NCBI RefSeq assembly: GCF_036365525.1
Contig: NC_090378.1
Span: 112,892,351-112,956,350 of the forward strand
DNA length: 64,000 bases
Source of the DNA: Heterodontus francisci
Lineage: Eukaryota
Reading direction: 5' to 3'
In this document: piece after piece, positions 1 to 12,174 of the stretch
Layout of the letters: each line of letters starts with the position of its first letter
Position numbering within the stretch: position 1 is the stretch's first letter
Program-made: the position numbers and the translations under genes
Notes under the pieces: generated by a model
Databases searched by the model: none
What the model was told of the DNA's origin: nothing
What the model saw: the letters and a program-made list of their open reading frames with translations, nothing else

Positions 1-250
1 AGAGGATGTAAAAGGTCCCATGGCAGTATTTGAAGGAGAGCAGTTCTCTCCGGTGTCCTGGCCAATATTGATCTCTCAACTAACATCACCAAAAACTAAT
101 CATCTGCTCACTTACCTTGTAACTGTGGGATCTTGCTGTGTGCAAATTGGCTGCTGTGTTTCCTACTTTACAACAGTGACTACACTTCAAAAGCACTCCA
201 CTCACTTTGAAGAGATTTGGGATGCCTGAGGTGTATCAATGCAATTTCTT
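1..250 (+). mobile_element. SacSINE1-like DeuSINE, 3' part
   Basis: Deu-domain-like gtaaaag.tcccatggca..ggtgtcctggccaatatt and tgtgcaaattggctgc..caacagtgactacacttcaaaag; many copies in the window. Confidence 0.78.
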
Positions 251-544
251 TCTTTACCCAATAAAAGGCTCACTATAACTTTTAACTGCCTTGTTTTAAT
301 CAGGATGTCCTGACATTAAACAGCACTAATGAGGCACACAATGAGCAGCACGCTAGACTCCCAAACATGTAAAAGCAGCAGAACGTCTGGTTTTTCAGAA
401 ATCTCTGCCACCACCGCAAGCATCAACCCAATCCCATTCTTTTTAACACACTCCTGGTTGAGGGGGAGGCACAAGCCCCTAGGGGTGGGAGGAAGAACAG
501 AACCAAATTATCGGCCTTGTGCCAAGACTCCTGCTGAAATGGGA

Positions 545-975
545 CTTTAGTTATGTGGAGAGACTGGAGAAGCTGGGATTGTTCTCCTTAGAACAGAAGT
601 TAGTGGAGATTTAAGAGATGTGTTCAAAATCATGAGGGGTTTTAATAGAGTAAAAGAAACTCCAGTGGCAGGAGGGTCAGTAACCAGAGGACAGAGGTTT
701 AAGGAAATTGACAAAAGAACCAGCAGGGTGATGAGGATAATTCTTTTTCGTGCAGAAAGTTGTACTGATCTGGAATTCACTGACTGAAATAGAGGTGGAA
801 ACAGATCCAATGATAACATTCAAAGGGAATTGGATATATACTTGAAAAGGGAAAAAATTGCAGGGCCGTGGGGAAAAAGCAGGGAAGTGGGACTAATTGG
901 ATAGCTTTTTCAAAGAGCCAGCACAGACACGATGGGCCAAATGGCCTCCTTCTGTAGTATATGATTCTATGAAAA
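545..975 (+). mobile_element. CR1 3' fragment
   Basis: Codes for RLEKLGLFSLE-type sequence followed by a CR1 3'UTR ending gggccaaatggcctccttctg..atgattctatga. Confidence 0.8.
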
Positions 976-2219
976 GGGATCTAGATGCAGAAGTCCCTCC
1001 TTGTAAGGAGTAGCAATAGTGCCACAATCTCTCGATGGCGAAATCCCTCCCCCAGCCCCACTTTAAACCCTTCAGTCAGCTCTAGTTTCTGCTTGAACCG
1101 TACTCTACTGGAGCCTGTGCTGGACTGGCTCCTGAACCTGAGATCTGAGCATTTAACTTGCGCTTAATGTAATAAGATCTCTCAAACCTTTTTATAGTTT
1201 AAGCTACTTTAGCATATGTTATCCAGTGGGCGAGGAAGGGGGAGGAAGGATGGGTGAGAGGACGCAGAGTATGGAATGAAAATGTTGTGCGGAGGCTGTT
1301 AAAACCCAAGGCTGTTTATGTACACAGCACACATGTGTACAGTTTAATAATTGACCACAGTAGAGATAGGGAGCTTAACGTTCCAAGTGTGGGCTTTGAT
1401 TTGTGGCAGTGGAGCTAATTAATGGATTTGTGAAGAATGCTGAGGGACTGGAATTAGAGACACAGTGCCAGCCCGCATTTTTTTTTCTCAAGGATCATCC
1501 GATCTTCCCGAGGAAGGTTGGAAGAGGCCAGAGAGAGGCCGCTCGATATGGATTTTCTCTGCAAATGCCCATGACCTTTGATCGGTTGTACCCGTCTCTT
1601 CTGCTTGTGGTGTGCTGTTGTTTTTTAGATATATACATATATCTATATGACACTTGTTTTCCAATCCTGTGGCTGGCCTTCGGTGCTTTCCTTTCTCGTG
1701 AAGGGGTCGAACACATCCTTTCCTGGCTTGTTTCTTCCTGAGTGGAGCTGACAGCTTGCATCTGACGACTGGTGTTCCCGGTGACTCCCTGACAGTTTCA
1801 TAGCCGAACCATCTGGTGTCTAGTCAGAAAGCCCATGAGTGATAATGGAGGACTTTTGGACCCTTCGCCCTACCTATGGTAAGCGCCACTCAATCAGAAT
1901 AGCCTTGAGCTCAACAGGGAGTTACATGAGTTACATGCTCGTGCTCCCGCGTCTCACTTCTTCCCTGTCCTTTCTGCGAAGGATGAGTTGATTCTTGGTG
2001 AGCGGTTTCTGTGCCGTTGATGTCATTTTAAAACGTAGACCTACTCAGGCAGCATTGAGTTAATTGGTACATGATTTGGGGGATCCCATTTCCTCCAGGT
2101 CTCTGGGTTCTTTGGCTGGCACTTGGTGTTCCGCAACCCGCAAACCGTGAATGTACTAAGGATGCGCAAAGGTACCAGCTTCACCAGGCTGAATGCATCT
2201 AGGCATGTAATGAAGTAAC

Positions 2220-2600
2220 AGAGAACGTTGTCGGGAGATTTAATAGAGGTGTTCAAAACCATGAAGGGTTTTGACAGAGTAAATAGGGAGAAACTGTTTT
2301 CACTGGCTGGAAGGTCGATAACCAAAGGACAGAGGATTAAGGTCACTGGCAAAAGAAGCAGAGGAGAGATGAAGAGAATTTTTTTACACAGCGAGTAGTT
2401 ATGATCTGGAATACGTTGCTTGAAAGGGGTAGTGCAAGCAGATTCAAGAGTAACTTTCAAAAGGGAATTGGATAAATACTTGAAAAGGAAAAATTTGCAG
2501 AGCTCTGGGGAAAGAGCAGGGGAGTGGGATTAATTGGAGAGGACTTTCAAAGAGCCAGCACAGGAAGGGTGGGCTGAATTTTGTGCTGGATGATTCTATG
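2220..2600 (+). mobile_element. CR1 3' fragment
   Basis: Homologous to 545-975 (GDLIEVFK-coding segment and 3'UTR). Confidence 0.78.
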
Positions 2601-3254
2601 CACAAAACTCAGGGTTTCTATTCAGTAGGTGAATGGCTAGGCAGAGGTCAACTCTGTTTTGATGTGAGACAGTGGTGAATGTGAGCTGCCTTTGGAGACT
2701 GAGACACATACAACAGGTTACTTGAGATGGCAGCCTCCGATCTGAGATCAACTGGCCCCATTCAAAGAAAAACTGAATCACCATCGTTTGGGGTTAATCC
2801 CATTGGAAAATGGAACACCACGCTCCCAGGCCTGTGCCGAGGGGAGGATGGTGCTCAGATGGACCGCACATTCTCCATGCTTCACCCAACTTGGGACCAA
2901 TGGGATCACAAGATTAGATCTTTACAAACTTCCCTCCCACGCCAACTGTGCTTTATGAAATGCTAAACAAATCAGTGCACAGCTCATTTGGGTTGGGGCA
3001 AGTTTAATATGTTAAATTGTTAAATTGCCTTTTCTCTCCTTGACTTCAGGCATTCTTAAAGGTTTTGGTTTGTTTAGCCCTCTAATCCTCATTAGTTTCC
3101 ATTCAGAGAAACTTGCATGGGAGACTGTGTCCATGTGTGTTTGTCCATGCATGCACGCGTGTTCACTCTTTATTTGTCATGTGTTTGTCACAACAAATCA
3201 GTGATAAAATCGACTACTGCAATGATAGCAGACCCAAGCACCAAGGAAGCGGAA

Positions 3255-3705
3255 GAATGAAGGGATTGTCCCATGAGAAGAGATTGAGTAGACTAGGCCT
3301 AAATTCCCTGGGGTTTAGAAGAATGAGCGATGATCTCATTGAAACATATAAATTTCTTAAGGGATTTGACAGGGTAGATGCAGATAAGGTGTTTTCCCTG
3401 GCTGGGGAATTTAGAACTAGGGGTCAGAATAAGAGGTCAGCCATTTAGGATGGAGATGAGGAAAAATTTCTTCACTCAAAGGGTTGGGAATATTTGGAAT
3501 TCTCTACCCCAGAGAGCTGTGGATGTTCAATCATTGAAATAGCGATTGATAGATTTTTGGGTGCTAAGGGAATTAAGGAATATGGGGATAATGTGGGAAG
3601 GTGGAGGCAAGATAGCAGATCAGCCATGACCTTACTGAATGGCGGAGCAGCTTTGAAGGGATGAATGACCTAACGGTGCTCCTATTTCTTATATATTCTT
3701 ATGAT
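3255..3705 (+). mobile_element. CR1 3' fragment
   Basis: MKGLSHEKRLSRLGLNSLGFRRMSDDLIETYK plus CR1 3'UTR. Confidence 0.82.
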
Positions 3706-3718
3706 TCGGCGTTCTAGG

Positions 3719-4510
3719 GTGCAGGGTTCTACGTGCTGGAGTGCAATGTTCTACTTCATGGAGTGCAGGGTTCTACGTGCTAGAGTGCAGGGTTCTACGT
3801 GCTAGAGTGCAGGGTTCTACATGCTGGGGTGCAGGTTTCTATGTGCTAGAGTGCAGGGTTCTACATGCTGGGGTGCAGGGTTCTACATGCTGGGGTGCAG
3901 GTTTCTATGTGCTAGAGTGCAGGGCTCTACATGCTGGGGTGCAGGTTTCTATGTGCTAGAGTGCAGGGTTCTACATGCTGGGGTGCAGGGTTCTACATGC
4001 TGGGGTGCAGGTTTCTATGTGCTAGAGTGCAGGGCTCTACATGCTGGGGTGCAGGTTTCTATGTGCTAGAGTGCAGGGTTCTACATGCTGGGGTGCAGGG
4101 TTCTACATGCTGGGGTGCAGGTTTCTATGTGCTAGAGTACAGGGCTCTACATGCTGGGGTGCAAGTTTCTATGTGCTAGAGTGCAGGGTTCTACATGCTG
4201 GGGTGCAGGGTTCTACATGCTGGGGTGCAGGGTTCTACATGCTGGGGTGCAGGTTTCTATGTGCTAGAGTGCAGGGTTCTACATGCTGGGGTGCAGGTTT
4301 CTATGTGCTAGAGTGCAGGGTTCTACATGCTGGGGTGCAGGGTTCTACATGCTGGGGTGCAGGGTTCTACATGCTGGGGTGCAGGGTTCTACATGCTGGG
4401 GTGCAGGTTTCTATGTGCTAGAGTGCAGGGTTCTACATGCTGGGGTGCAGGGTTCTACATGCTGGGGTGCAGGGTTCCACATGCTGTGGTGCAGGGTTTC
4501 TTGTGCTGGG
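3719..4510. repeat. 22-bp minisatellite (~36 units)
   Basis: Units GTGCAGGGTTCTACATGCTGGG and GTGCAGGTTTCTATGTGCTAGA plus variants in tandem. Confidence 0.97.
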
Positions 4511-5137
4511 AAATTTGACTAATTATACGCAGCTTGAGATCTGTTGACGGTTAATTGTCTAGGGGCCGTTCTGTAGACTGGCAGCTGCTGGTAAATTCTT
4601 GTCTCCTATCCTCAGGTTCAAATAAAAACCCAGCAATACTTTGACACCCATTGGGATAGAATTGTGCTTGTCCATTTGGATTGCTAATTTGAATTTGTAT
4701 CTTGAATGGGTGGATATGGCAATGGAGGAAAGCATTGCATATTTATATAAAATGGTGTCTGGAAGAGAACAGAGATACACTGAGGTTTCTTTGTGAGGTG
4801 GTGTTGCACTGCAAGTGATGTGGGCCTAAGGGCTGAGAGATTTTGGTTCTTCAGTGCTCAGAACTGTAGAAATGAAATTTCTGCCAATTTCTATCAAGGA
4901 CAATATTTCAACGGTACAATTGTTTCGTATGTTTTGTCAGCATTTCTGTACGGATCAGGCTGATTTAGGGAGCGGCTGCATCGAAAGTTGGAGGAATGAA
5001 AGCCAGACAGCAAATGTCCAGTTTTCGACTACTGCTTTGCCTTCATACTTACACAAACCTGGCCCTTTTTGTTTTGCTTTCAACTGGGTCCTGTTTACGT
5101 TGGCGTGTCTTGTCGATTTATCAACAAATCTCAAAGT

Positions 5138-5560
5138 CTCGCTCTTGCCTCAGAGTCAGATGGTCATGAGTTTGAGTTCCCCTCCCCCACCCTCGCCGCC
5201 CCACTGGAGACGTGAGCACGTAATCTGGATTGGCTGTCCCAGTGCAGTTGAGGGTGTGCTGCACTGTCAGCGGTGCCATCTTTCAGATGAGATCTTAAAC
5301 TGAGGCCCTGTCTGCCCTCTCAGGTGAATGTAGAAGATCTCCGGCTTTTATCTGGAGAAAAGCAGCTCAGTTCTCCTCTGGCTAATATTTATCCCTCACC
5401 CAACATCACTAAAAACAGATTGCCTGCTGATAAATCTCCTTTGCTATTTGTGGGGTCTTGCTGTGCACAAGCTGACTGCCACAATTCCTACATTACAACA
5501 TAAAGAGCACCTCCAGGTGAGTCATTGCCTGTGAAGTTCTTTAGGATGCTTCTGAGACAT
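5138..5560 (+). mobile_element. SacSINE1-like DeuSINE
   Basis: tRNA-like head remnant, Deu domain and tail, collinear with other copies. Confidence 0.78.
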
Positions 5561-5839
5561 GTGATAAAGATCATGGGGGTAATTTCCTCCCCATTTTCTC
5601 AGTGTAAACAGTGCAAGTCATTTTTCTCCCCCAGGAATATCGGTTGAAGCCATTTCCTCACAATTTGCCTTGTTCTTTCTCATTCCTTCAAGCCAACTGC
5701 TCAAGGTTGACGCCATTAACATATATTGTAATGAGGGCAGCTCTGAGTTTGCTGTATTTACACTTGCAATACACTGGGAGTAACTTAGTCTGAGAATGTT
5801 GCCAGGATCAATGAGACAAATAGAAGCCAGGCGTTTATG

Positions 5840-7000
5840 AACCATAGAACCATAGAAGGAGGCCATTCAGCCCATTGTGTCCGTGCCAGCCGAAGAAACT
5901 AACCTCCCAATCTAATCCCACTTTCCAGCACCTGGTCCGTAGCCTTGCCGGTTACAGCACTTCAGGTGCATGTCCTTTTCAAAGAATTGAGGGTTTCTGC
6001 CTCCACCACCATTCCTGGCAGTGAATTCCAGACACCCACCATCCTCTGGGTGAAAAAGTGTTTCCTCATGTCCCCTCTAATCCTTCTAACAATCACCTTA
6101 TTCTGTGCCCCCTGGTAAATGACCTCTCCGCTAAGGGAAACAGGCCCTTCCTGTCTACTCTATCTAGGCCCCTCATAATTTTGTACACATCAATTAAGTC
6201 ACCCTTCAGCCTCCTCTGTTCTAAGAAAAAAAACACTAGCCTATCTAACCTTTCCTCATAGCTTCAACTTTCAAGCCCTGGCAACATTCTTATAAATCTC
6301 CTCTGTACTCTCTCCAGAGCAATTATGTCCTTTCTGTAATGTGGTGACCAAAACTGTACGCAATACTCCAACTGTGGTCTAACCAGCATTTTATACAGTT
6401 TCAGTATTATATCCCTGCTTTTGTATTCTATACCTCGGCCAATAAAGGAAAGCATTCCATATGCCTTCTTCACCACTCTATCTACCTGTCCTGCCACCTT
6501 CAGGGACCTGTGGACATGCACTCCAAGGTCTCTCACTTCTTCTACCCCATTCAATATCCTCCTGTTTATTGTGTATTCCCTTGCTTTATTTGCCCTCCCC
6601 AAATGAATTACCTCACACTTATCTGGATTGAATTCCATTTGCCACTTTTTCGCCCACTCAACCAAACCATTGATATCATTCTGGAGTCTCCAGCTATCCT
6701 CTTCACTATCAACTACACGGCCAATTTTTGTGTCATGAGAACATTTCCCAATCATGGCTCCCACATTTAAGTCCAAATCATTAATATATACCACAAACAG
6801 CAAGGGACCCAACACTGAGCTCTGTGGAACGCCACTGGAAACAGCTTTCCATTTACAAAAACATCCGTCGAATATTGCCCTTTGTTTCCTGTCCCTGAGC
6901 CAATTCTGGATCCAACTTGCCACATTCCCCTGCATCCCATGGGCTTTCATTTTACTGACCAGTCTGCCATGTGGGACCTTGTCAAATGCCTTACTAAAAA
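5840..7000 (-). mobile_element. CR1 3' 1.15 kb (RT C-terminal half)
   Basis: ORF 6264..6950 has SGVPQSSVLGP and LEYCVQFWSP; (TTCTATGG)-type tail at 5840-5857. Confidence 0.9.
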
Positions 7001-7349
7001 CATCCGTTGGTGGTCACAACATTGACCATACTTCAGGAATGAAGTACTTCATTGGCTGCAAAGCTGTCCTGAAGTCATGAAAAGTGCTAAATAAATGCAA
7101 GTGCTTTCTTTGACTCCGGCTTCAGCCGGTTTAAGTTAGATTGTCCCAGATCATGAGAGCTGTTCACTACTTCAGACTGTTATATAATTTTATTCATTGG
7201 GTTGGTGTGGAGTTTGGCGCATTGGCCTGTTACACTTGGGTTGCGTGACATTTTGCCCTGACGGGTTGCAGGCGAATCAGGCGGGTGTTGTGAACTGGCT
7301 CATCACTGCCTCACTGCTGTGGTTGTACTGCGGCCATCAATATAAAATA

Positions 7350-7615
7350 ATCACTAATAAATCCAATAAGGAATTGAAGAGAAACTTCTGTACCCAGTGA
7401 GTGGTTAGAATGTGGAACTCGTTACCACATGGAGTGGTTGACGTAAATAGCATAGATGCATTTAAGGGGAAGCTCGATGAACACATGAGGAAGAAAGGAA
7501 TGGATGGGTATGCAGATAGAGTGAGATGAAAGAGGATGGGAAGAGGCTTGTGTGGAGCATAAACACCAACATGGAGCAGTTGGGCTGAATGGCCTGTTCT
7601 GTGCTGTATATTTGA
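7350..7615 (+). mobile_element. CR1 3' fragment
   Basis: RNFxTQRVV-coding remnant plus 3'UTR ending gggctgaatggcctgttctgtgctgta. Confidence 0.72.
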
Positions 7616-7656
7616 TGGAACCCACTCACCATGAAATGCGCTCATTACTTTAGCCC

Positions 7657-8034
7657 TTTATTTATTTATTTATTTTTAATTTATTTATTTATTTTATTTA
7701 TTTAGAGATACAGTACTGAAACAGGCCCTTCGGCCCACCGAGTCTGTGCCGACCAACAACCACCCATTTACACTAATCCTACATTAATCCCATATTCTCT
7801 ACCACATCCCCACCATTCTCCTACCACTTACCTGCACTAGGGGCAATTTACAATGGCCAATTTACCTATCAACCTGCAAGTCTTTTGGAGGTGGGAGGAA
7901 ACCGGAGCACCCGGCGGAAACCCACGCGGTCACAGGGAGAACTTGCAAACTCCGCACAGGCAGTACCCAGAATTGAACCCGGGTCGCTGGAGCTGTGAGG
8001 CTGCGGTGCTAACCACCGCGCCACTGTGCCGCCC
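7657..8034 (-). mobile_element. HE1-like (V-SINE) tRNA-derived SINE, full length
   Basis: Minus strand begins GGGCGGCACAGTGGCGCGGTGGTTAGC (A box) with GGTTCAATTC (B box), then the V-domain-like GCGTGGGTTTCC..GGGTGCTCCGGTTTCCTCCCAC, a CR1-type tail and (TAAA)n. Confidence 0.9.
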
Positions 8035-8534
8035 ATAAAAAAATCAGTTTATCTAACTTTTTTTATGAAAGGGGGGTACCCATTGACTCAAAGCTTCCTT
8101 AAAGAGGCAAATGTGCACCTGTCTTGCCTCCCTCTCAGTTCACATGCAACCTGCTCCCCACAGGGTCACACTCGGCCATTCCCTCCCTTCCAGGATCAGC
8201 AGGCCCAGATGATCAGTCCTGCCAATAGAATGAAAATAGGTGTCAAACATTGAAACAGTTTGACCCAGACTTAAGGAGAACACACTGAGAGGGAAAGAGA
8301 GATTCCCCAGGTCCCTGACCAAAAAGGTATTCTGAAGAAGTTCTTGGTGAAGATAGTTGGTCTTGCTTACAGCGCACACCTACATGACCATTATACATAA
8401 AATGTACAACCAACAAAGAGGCAAACACTGGGGATGTGAGAAAGTCATGTTGTTCTAAAAACCCCCTTCCAAAATTCCTTTGGCATGGTGAATGTCTCAC
8501 TCTCTCCCTTGCTCCAAATCCCAGTCTTGCCTTC

Positions 8535-8634
8535 TGTGTTCTGATGAAGGGTCACTGACCTGAACCGTTAACTCTGCTTCTCTCTCCACAGATGCTGCCA
8601 GACCTGCTGAGTATTTCCAGCAATCTTTGTTTTT
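8535..8634 (+). mobile_element. 100-bp Penelope-type terminal fragment with 17-bp TSD
   Basis: ATCCCAGTCTTGCCTTC at 8518-8534 and 8635-8651; body nearly identical to 29091-29190. Confidence 0.72.
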
Positions 8635-9964
8635 ATCCCAGTCTTGCCTTCACTCTTTCTCATTCCCAATTTTGTATATGGAGGGAGCGGGGTTAGACTC
8701 TGCACAAAGATGGCAGAGAGCTTCATGTAACAGCCATCAGATAGCCCAGGTGACAGGTGCGCACGCTGGTCTTTACTATGTTGGCCGTCTGCCTTATACA
8801 CTGGCATTTCAATGGTGACATGCTCTGGGATGTTTCTAGTGTGCAAGTACAAGTTCATGTTGCGAAAAAGAGCTTTGTAAATACAAGTCTTATCTTCCTG
8901 GTTTCATTGCAGTAACACTGTGAACTTCCATAGGCAGGTGGCTTGGCACATGTCCTGCTCACATGCCTCCTGGGCTATATAGAGGACCTTGCCCTCTTAA
9001 TAGAACTTACTCTCAGTTTAGAACCTTTAGGGCTGTGCTTTCCTCAGTTTAACTTGTACAGAAATTGTGGACTCTAGTCGGAAGGTGCTGAAAGATTTGT
9101 TTGTGCATTGTTACTGCTATTTGAAATGGGCACAATTAAAGTGAGATTAAAGAGTGAAAATGAACCTTCACTTGTTAAGCGTTGTGAAGCTCTGGGTAAA
9201 GAACTCTCCTTACATAAATCATGGAGAATTTGCAGCAAAATATTATCAAGGTATTTACCAGAATTTCAAAACTGAAAGCTTACTTTCATTCAGAACGGAA
9301 GTTACTCATTCGAAGGGAGGGGAAGATTTGAACTTATCAGTACATGGTTGTTCAAAGTTTTCTTTCATTTATTTTCAGGATGTGGCAAGGCTGGCATTTA
9401 TTACCCATTCCCAGCTGACTTTGAAAAGGTGGTGGTGAGCAGTTTGAAATTTGGACACAGTTCACAGCCAGTTAGAAATAGCCCTTTAAATTCATAATTC
9501 ATATACGCCCATCATTGCCATATTAGAGCAGGCTATATTGGCACTTCATCTCAATCAGTGAAAACGAGCCTGTTAAATTTATAATGTACTTACGTATTTA
9601 CTCATTTATAAGGTGCGTCACATATAAGCAACCCCCAGCCACAAATTTGGCCATACAAATTTATGAGCCATCTAAAAGACAAGGGCAAACAGTTGGATGC
9701 TTCCTCCTGCCAAAACTCTCACCTTGCTCCCAGACAACTCTATCAGTACATCTTCTCTATGCTCTTTCCCATTTTAATCAGCACATTCCTGTCTGCTGTT
9801 TCTCTGACCCTCCAACATGGATATATAAGTGACATGCCTCTTCCCTCCACCTCCAATTCCTGTCTGGGCTCCCCCCACTTTCTGGTTTGAAATCTCCTTT
9901 TCACCCTGTTCCACTGCCACCCCTCCAACGTCCCGAAGGTCATCCCCATAGCTCTGTGTGTTGC

Positions 9965-10345
9965 AGTCTCATCTCTGAGTCAGAGGAGATCGCGGGTGAG
10001 CATAAAAACCAGGTTGACAATCCAGTGCAGTACCAAGCGAGTGCTGCATGGTTGGAGGTGCCGTCTTTCGGATGAGATGAGGCCCTGTCAGCCCTCTCAG
10101 GTAGATGTAAAATATCCTGTGACACGAAGTGAAAAAAGAGCAGGGGAGTTCTTCTTGGTATCCTAACCAACATTCACTGAAACAGATGATCTAGTCACTA
10201 ACACACTGCTGTTTGTGTGTGATTTCTCTGTGCAAATTTGCTGCCACGTTTCATACATTATAACAGTGATGACACTTCAAAAAGTACTTCATTGGCCGTA
10301 AAGTGTTTTGGAATGTCATGAAAGGCATAATATAATCAAAGTATA
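9965..10345 (+). mobile_element. SacSINE1-like DeuSINE
   Basis: ggaggtgccgtctttcggatgaga..gccctctcaggt Deu domain plus tail. Confidence 0.8.
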
Positions 10346-10934
10346 TGTTCTTTTTCACCTCGATTGATTAACATGTCTACATCTGCCTGAAGTCGCTTAC
10401 AGTCCTCTTCACAGTTAAACAATCCTTGTCCTTTATGTCACTCGCTATACCCGATTTATATGTCATTGAAATACATTGAGAAGAGTGACGGGGTTAGCAC
10501 TGACTCCACTGTTTACAGTCATCGTAGTTGTTTATCAGGCTGAAGAGTTTGTAAAGATGCAATAAACAGTTTGGCACTTTATTTTCTTGAAGACACTTCC
10601 CCTTTAATTTACCCCTGTGCAGATTGAAATGTTTCAGTTTAATTTTGATTCCATGGGATTCAGTTACATTTAGACGTTGGGGCATCCCATTATAAATTAG
10701 AGCTTGATTCAAAGTGAATGTGAATGGGAAAGGGCTGTGTAAATGAGACACAATGGGAGAATTCAATATTGCTTAATTCACTAAGGTAATGAAAGCACTG
10801 TCTCATGTTCACTGTGCTTTGTGTAACCCCAACCACTGGAGGAGACTCAAAATTGGCATTTGTTAAATGAATGGATGGGAAGCAGGTGGGATTCAGACCA
10901 TGAGAAGGTGGAGAGAGTGGGAGATTGGTCATTG

Positions 10935-12170
10935 AATCATAGAATGGTTACAGCAAAGAAAGAGGCCATTCAGTCCATTGTGTCCGTGCCAGCTCTGTGC
11001 AAGAGCAACTCAGTTAGTTCCACAGCACTGCCTTTTCCCGCGGCCCACCATTTTTTTTTCTCTTCAGGTGCTTATCCAATTCCCTTTTGAAAACCATGAT
11101 TGAATCTGCCTCCAGCACACTCTCAGGCAGTGCATTCCAGATCCTAACCATTCACTGTGTAAAAAGGTTTTTCCTCATATCTCCTTTGGTTCTTTCACCA
11201 ATCACGTTGAATCAGTGTCCTCTGGTTTTCAATATTTCCACCAATGGGAACAGTTTCTCTCAATCTACTCTGTCCAGACCTCTCATGATTTTGAGCACCT
11301 CAATCAAATCTCCTCTCAATCTTCTCTTCTTGAAGGAGAACAATCCCAGCTTGTCTAATCTATCCACAAAGCTGAAGTCCCTCATGCCTGGAACAATTCT
11401 CGTAAATCTTTTCTGCACCCTCCCTGAAGCCTTTGCATCCTTCCAAAGGCATGGTGCCCAGAATTGGGCACCATACTTCAGTTGAGGCCAAACCAGTGTT
11501 TTATAAAGGTTCACCATAAATTCCTTGCTTTTGTACTCTATGCCTCTATTTATAAAGCCCAGGATCCCGTATGCCTTTTAAGCACTTTCTCAACCTGCCC
11601 TGCCATGTGCACAAGATAGAAGATGGCTACATCCCCAAGGATATAGTATACTGCGAGGTAGCCCGTGCCAAGGGATCAGCAGGGCACCCAAAGCTCCGAT
11701 TCAAGGATGCTGTCAAAAGAGGCATGAAAGCCCTCGACATCAATCACAACAAATGGGGAACTCTAGCTGACGATTAATGCAAATAGTGGCACCCGGTGTG
11801 GGCAGGAATTTACCACCACCACATGTGGTTTCAGAAGCTCCAAAGCAGACACCAGCCCTGCAAACAATACATCAGCAGAGGTCATCCTGCAAACTGGCAA
11901 GGGACAACTTCATGTGTGGCACTTGTGGCAGACTTTGCCTTTCCAGATTCGCTTGTTCAGCCACCAAAAGAAGTGCAGCAAATGATCTGACTTCACCAAA
12001 GTTTTGAGACTGCATTCCCATCATCACTTTCAGATGGAAAGATGCCAATCGCAACCTGCCCTGCCACCTTCAATGATCTGTGTACATATACCCCCAGGTC
12101 TCTCTGTTCCTGCACGTCCTTTAGAATTGTACCATTTATTTTACATTGCCTCTCCTTGTTCTTCCTATCA
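10935..12170 (-). mobile_element. CR1 3' fragment hosting the older RTE insertion
   Basis: ORF 11260..11517 (QLKYGAQFWAP..LGLFSFKKRRLRGDLIEV). The CR1 sequence continues after 12052. Confidence 0.85.
11606..12051 (+). mobile_element. Older RTE 3' fragment inserted in a CR1
   Basis: Translates to HVHKIEDGYIPKDIVYCEVA...PKLRFKDAVKR and FMCGTCGRLCLSR, homologous to the C-terminus of the 38582 RTE. Flanked by the 15-bp direct repeat CAACCTGCCCTGCCA (11591-11605, 12052-12066). Confidence 0.88.
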
Positions 12171-12174
12171 AATC

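Noticed and set aside
3741-4522. Overlapping Cys/Gly-rich ORFs
   Set aside because: They are translations of a 22-bp minisatellite; the period is not a multiple of 3 and stops recur regularly.
7960-8034. tRNA gene suggested by A/B boxes
   Set aside because: It is the head of a multi-copy SINE that continues into the V-domain and a LINE-derived tail.
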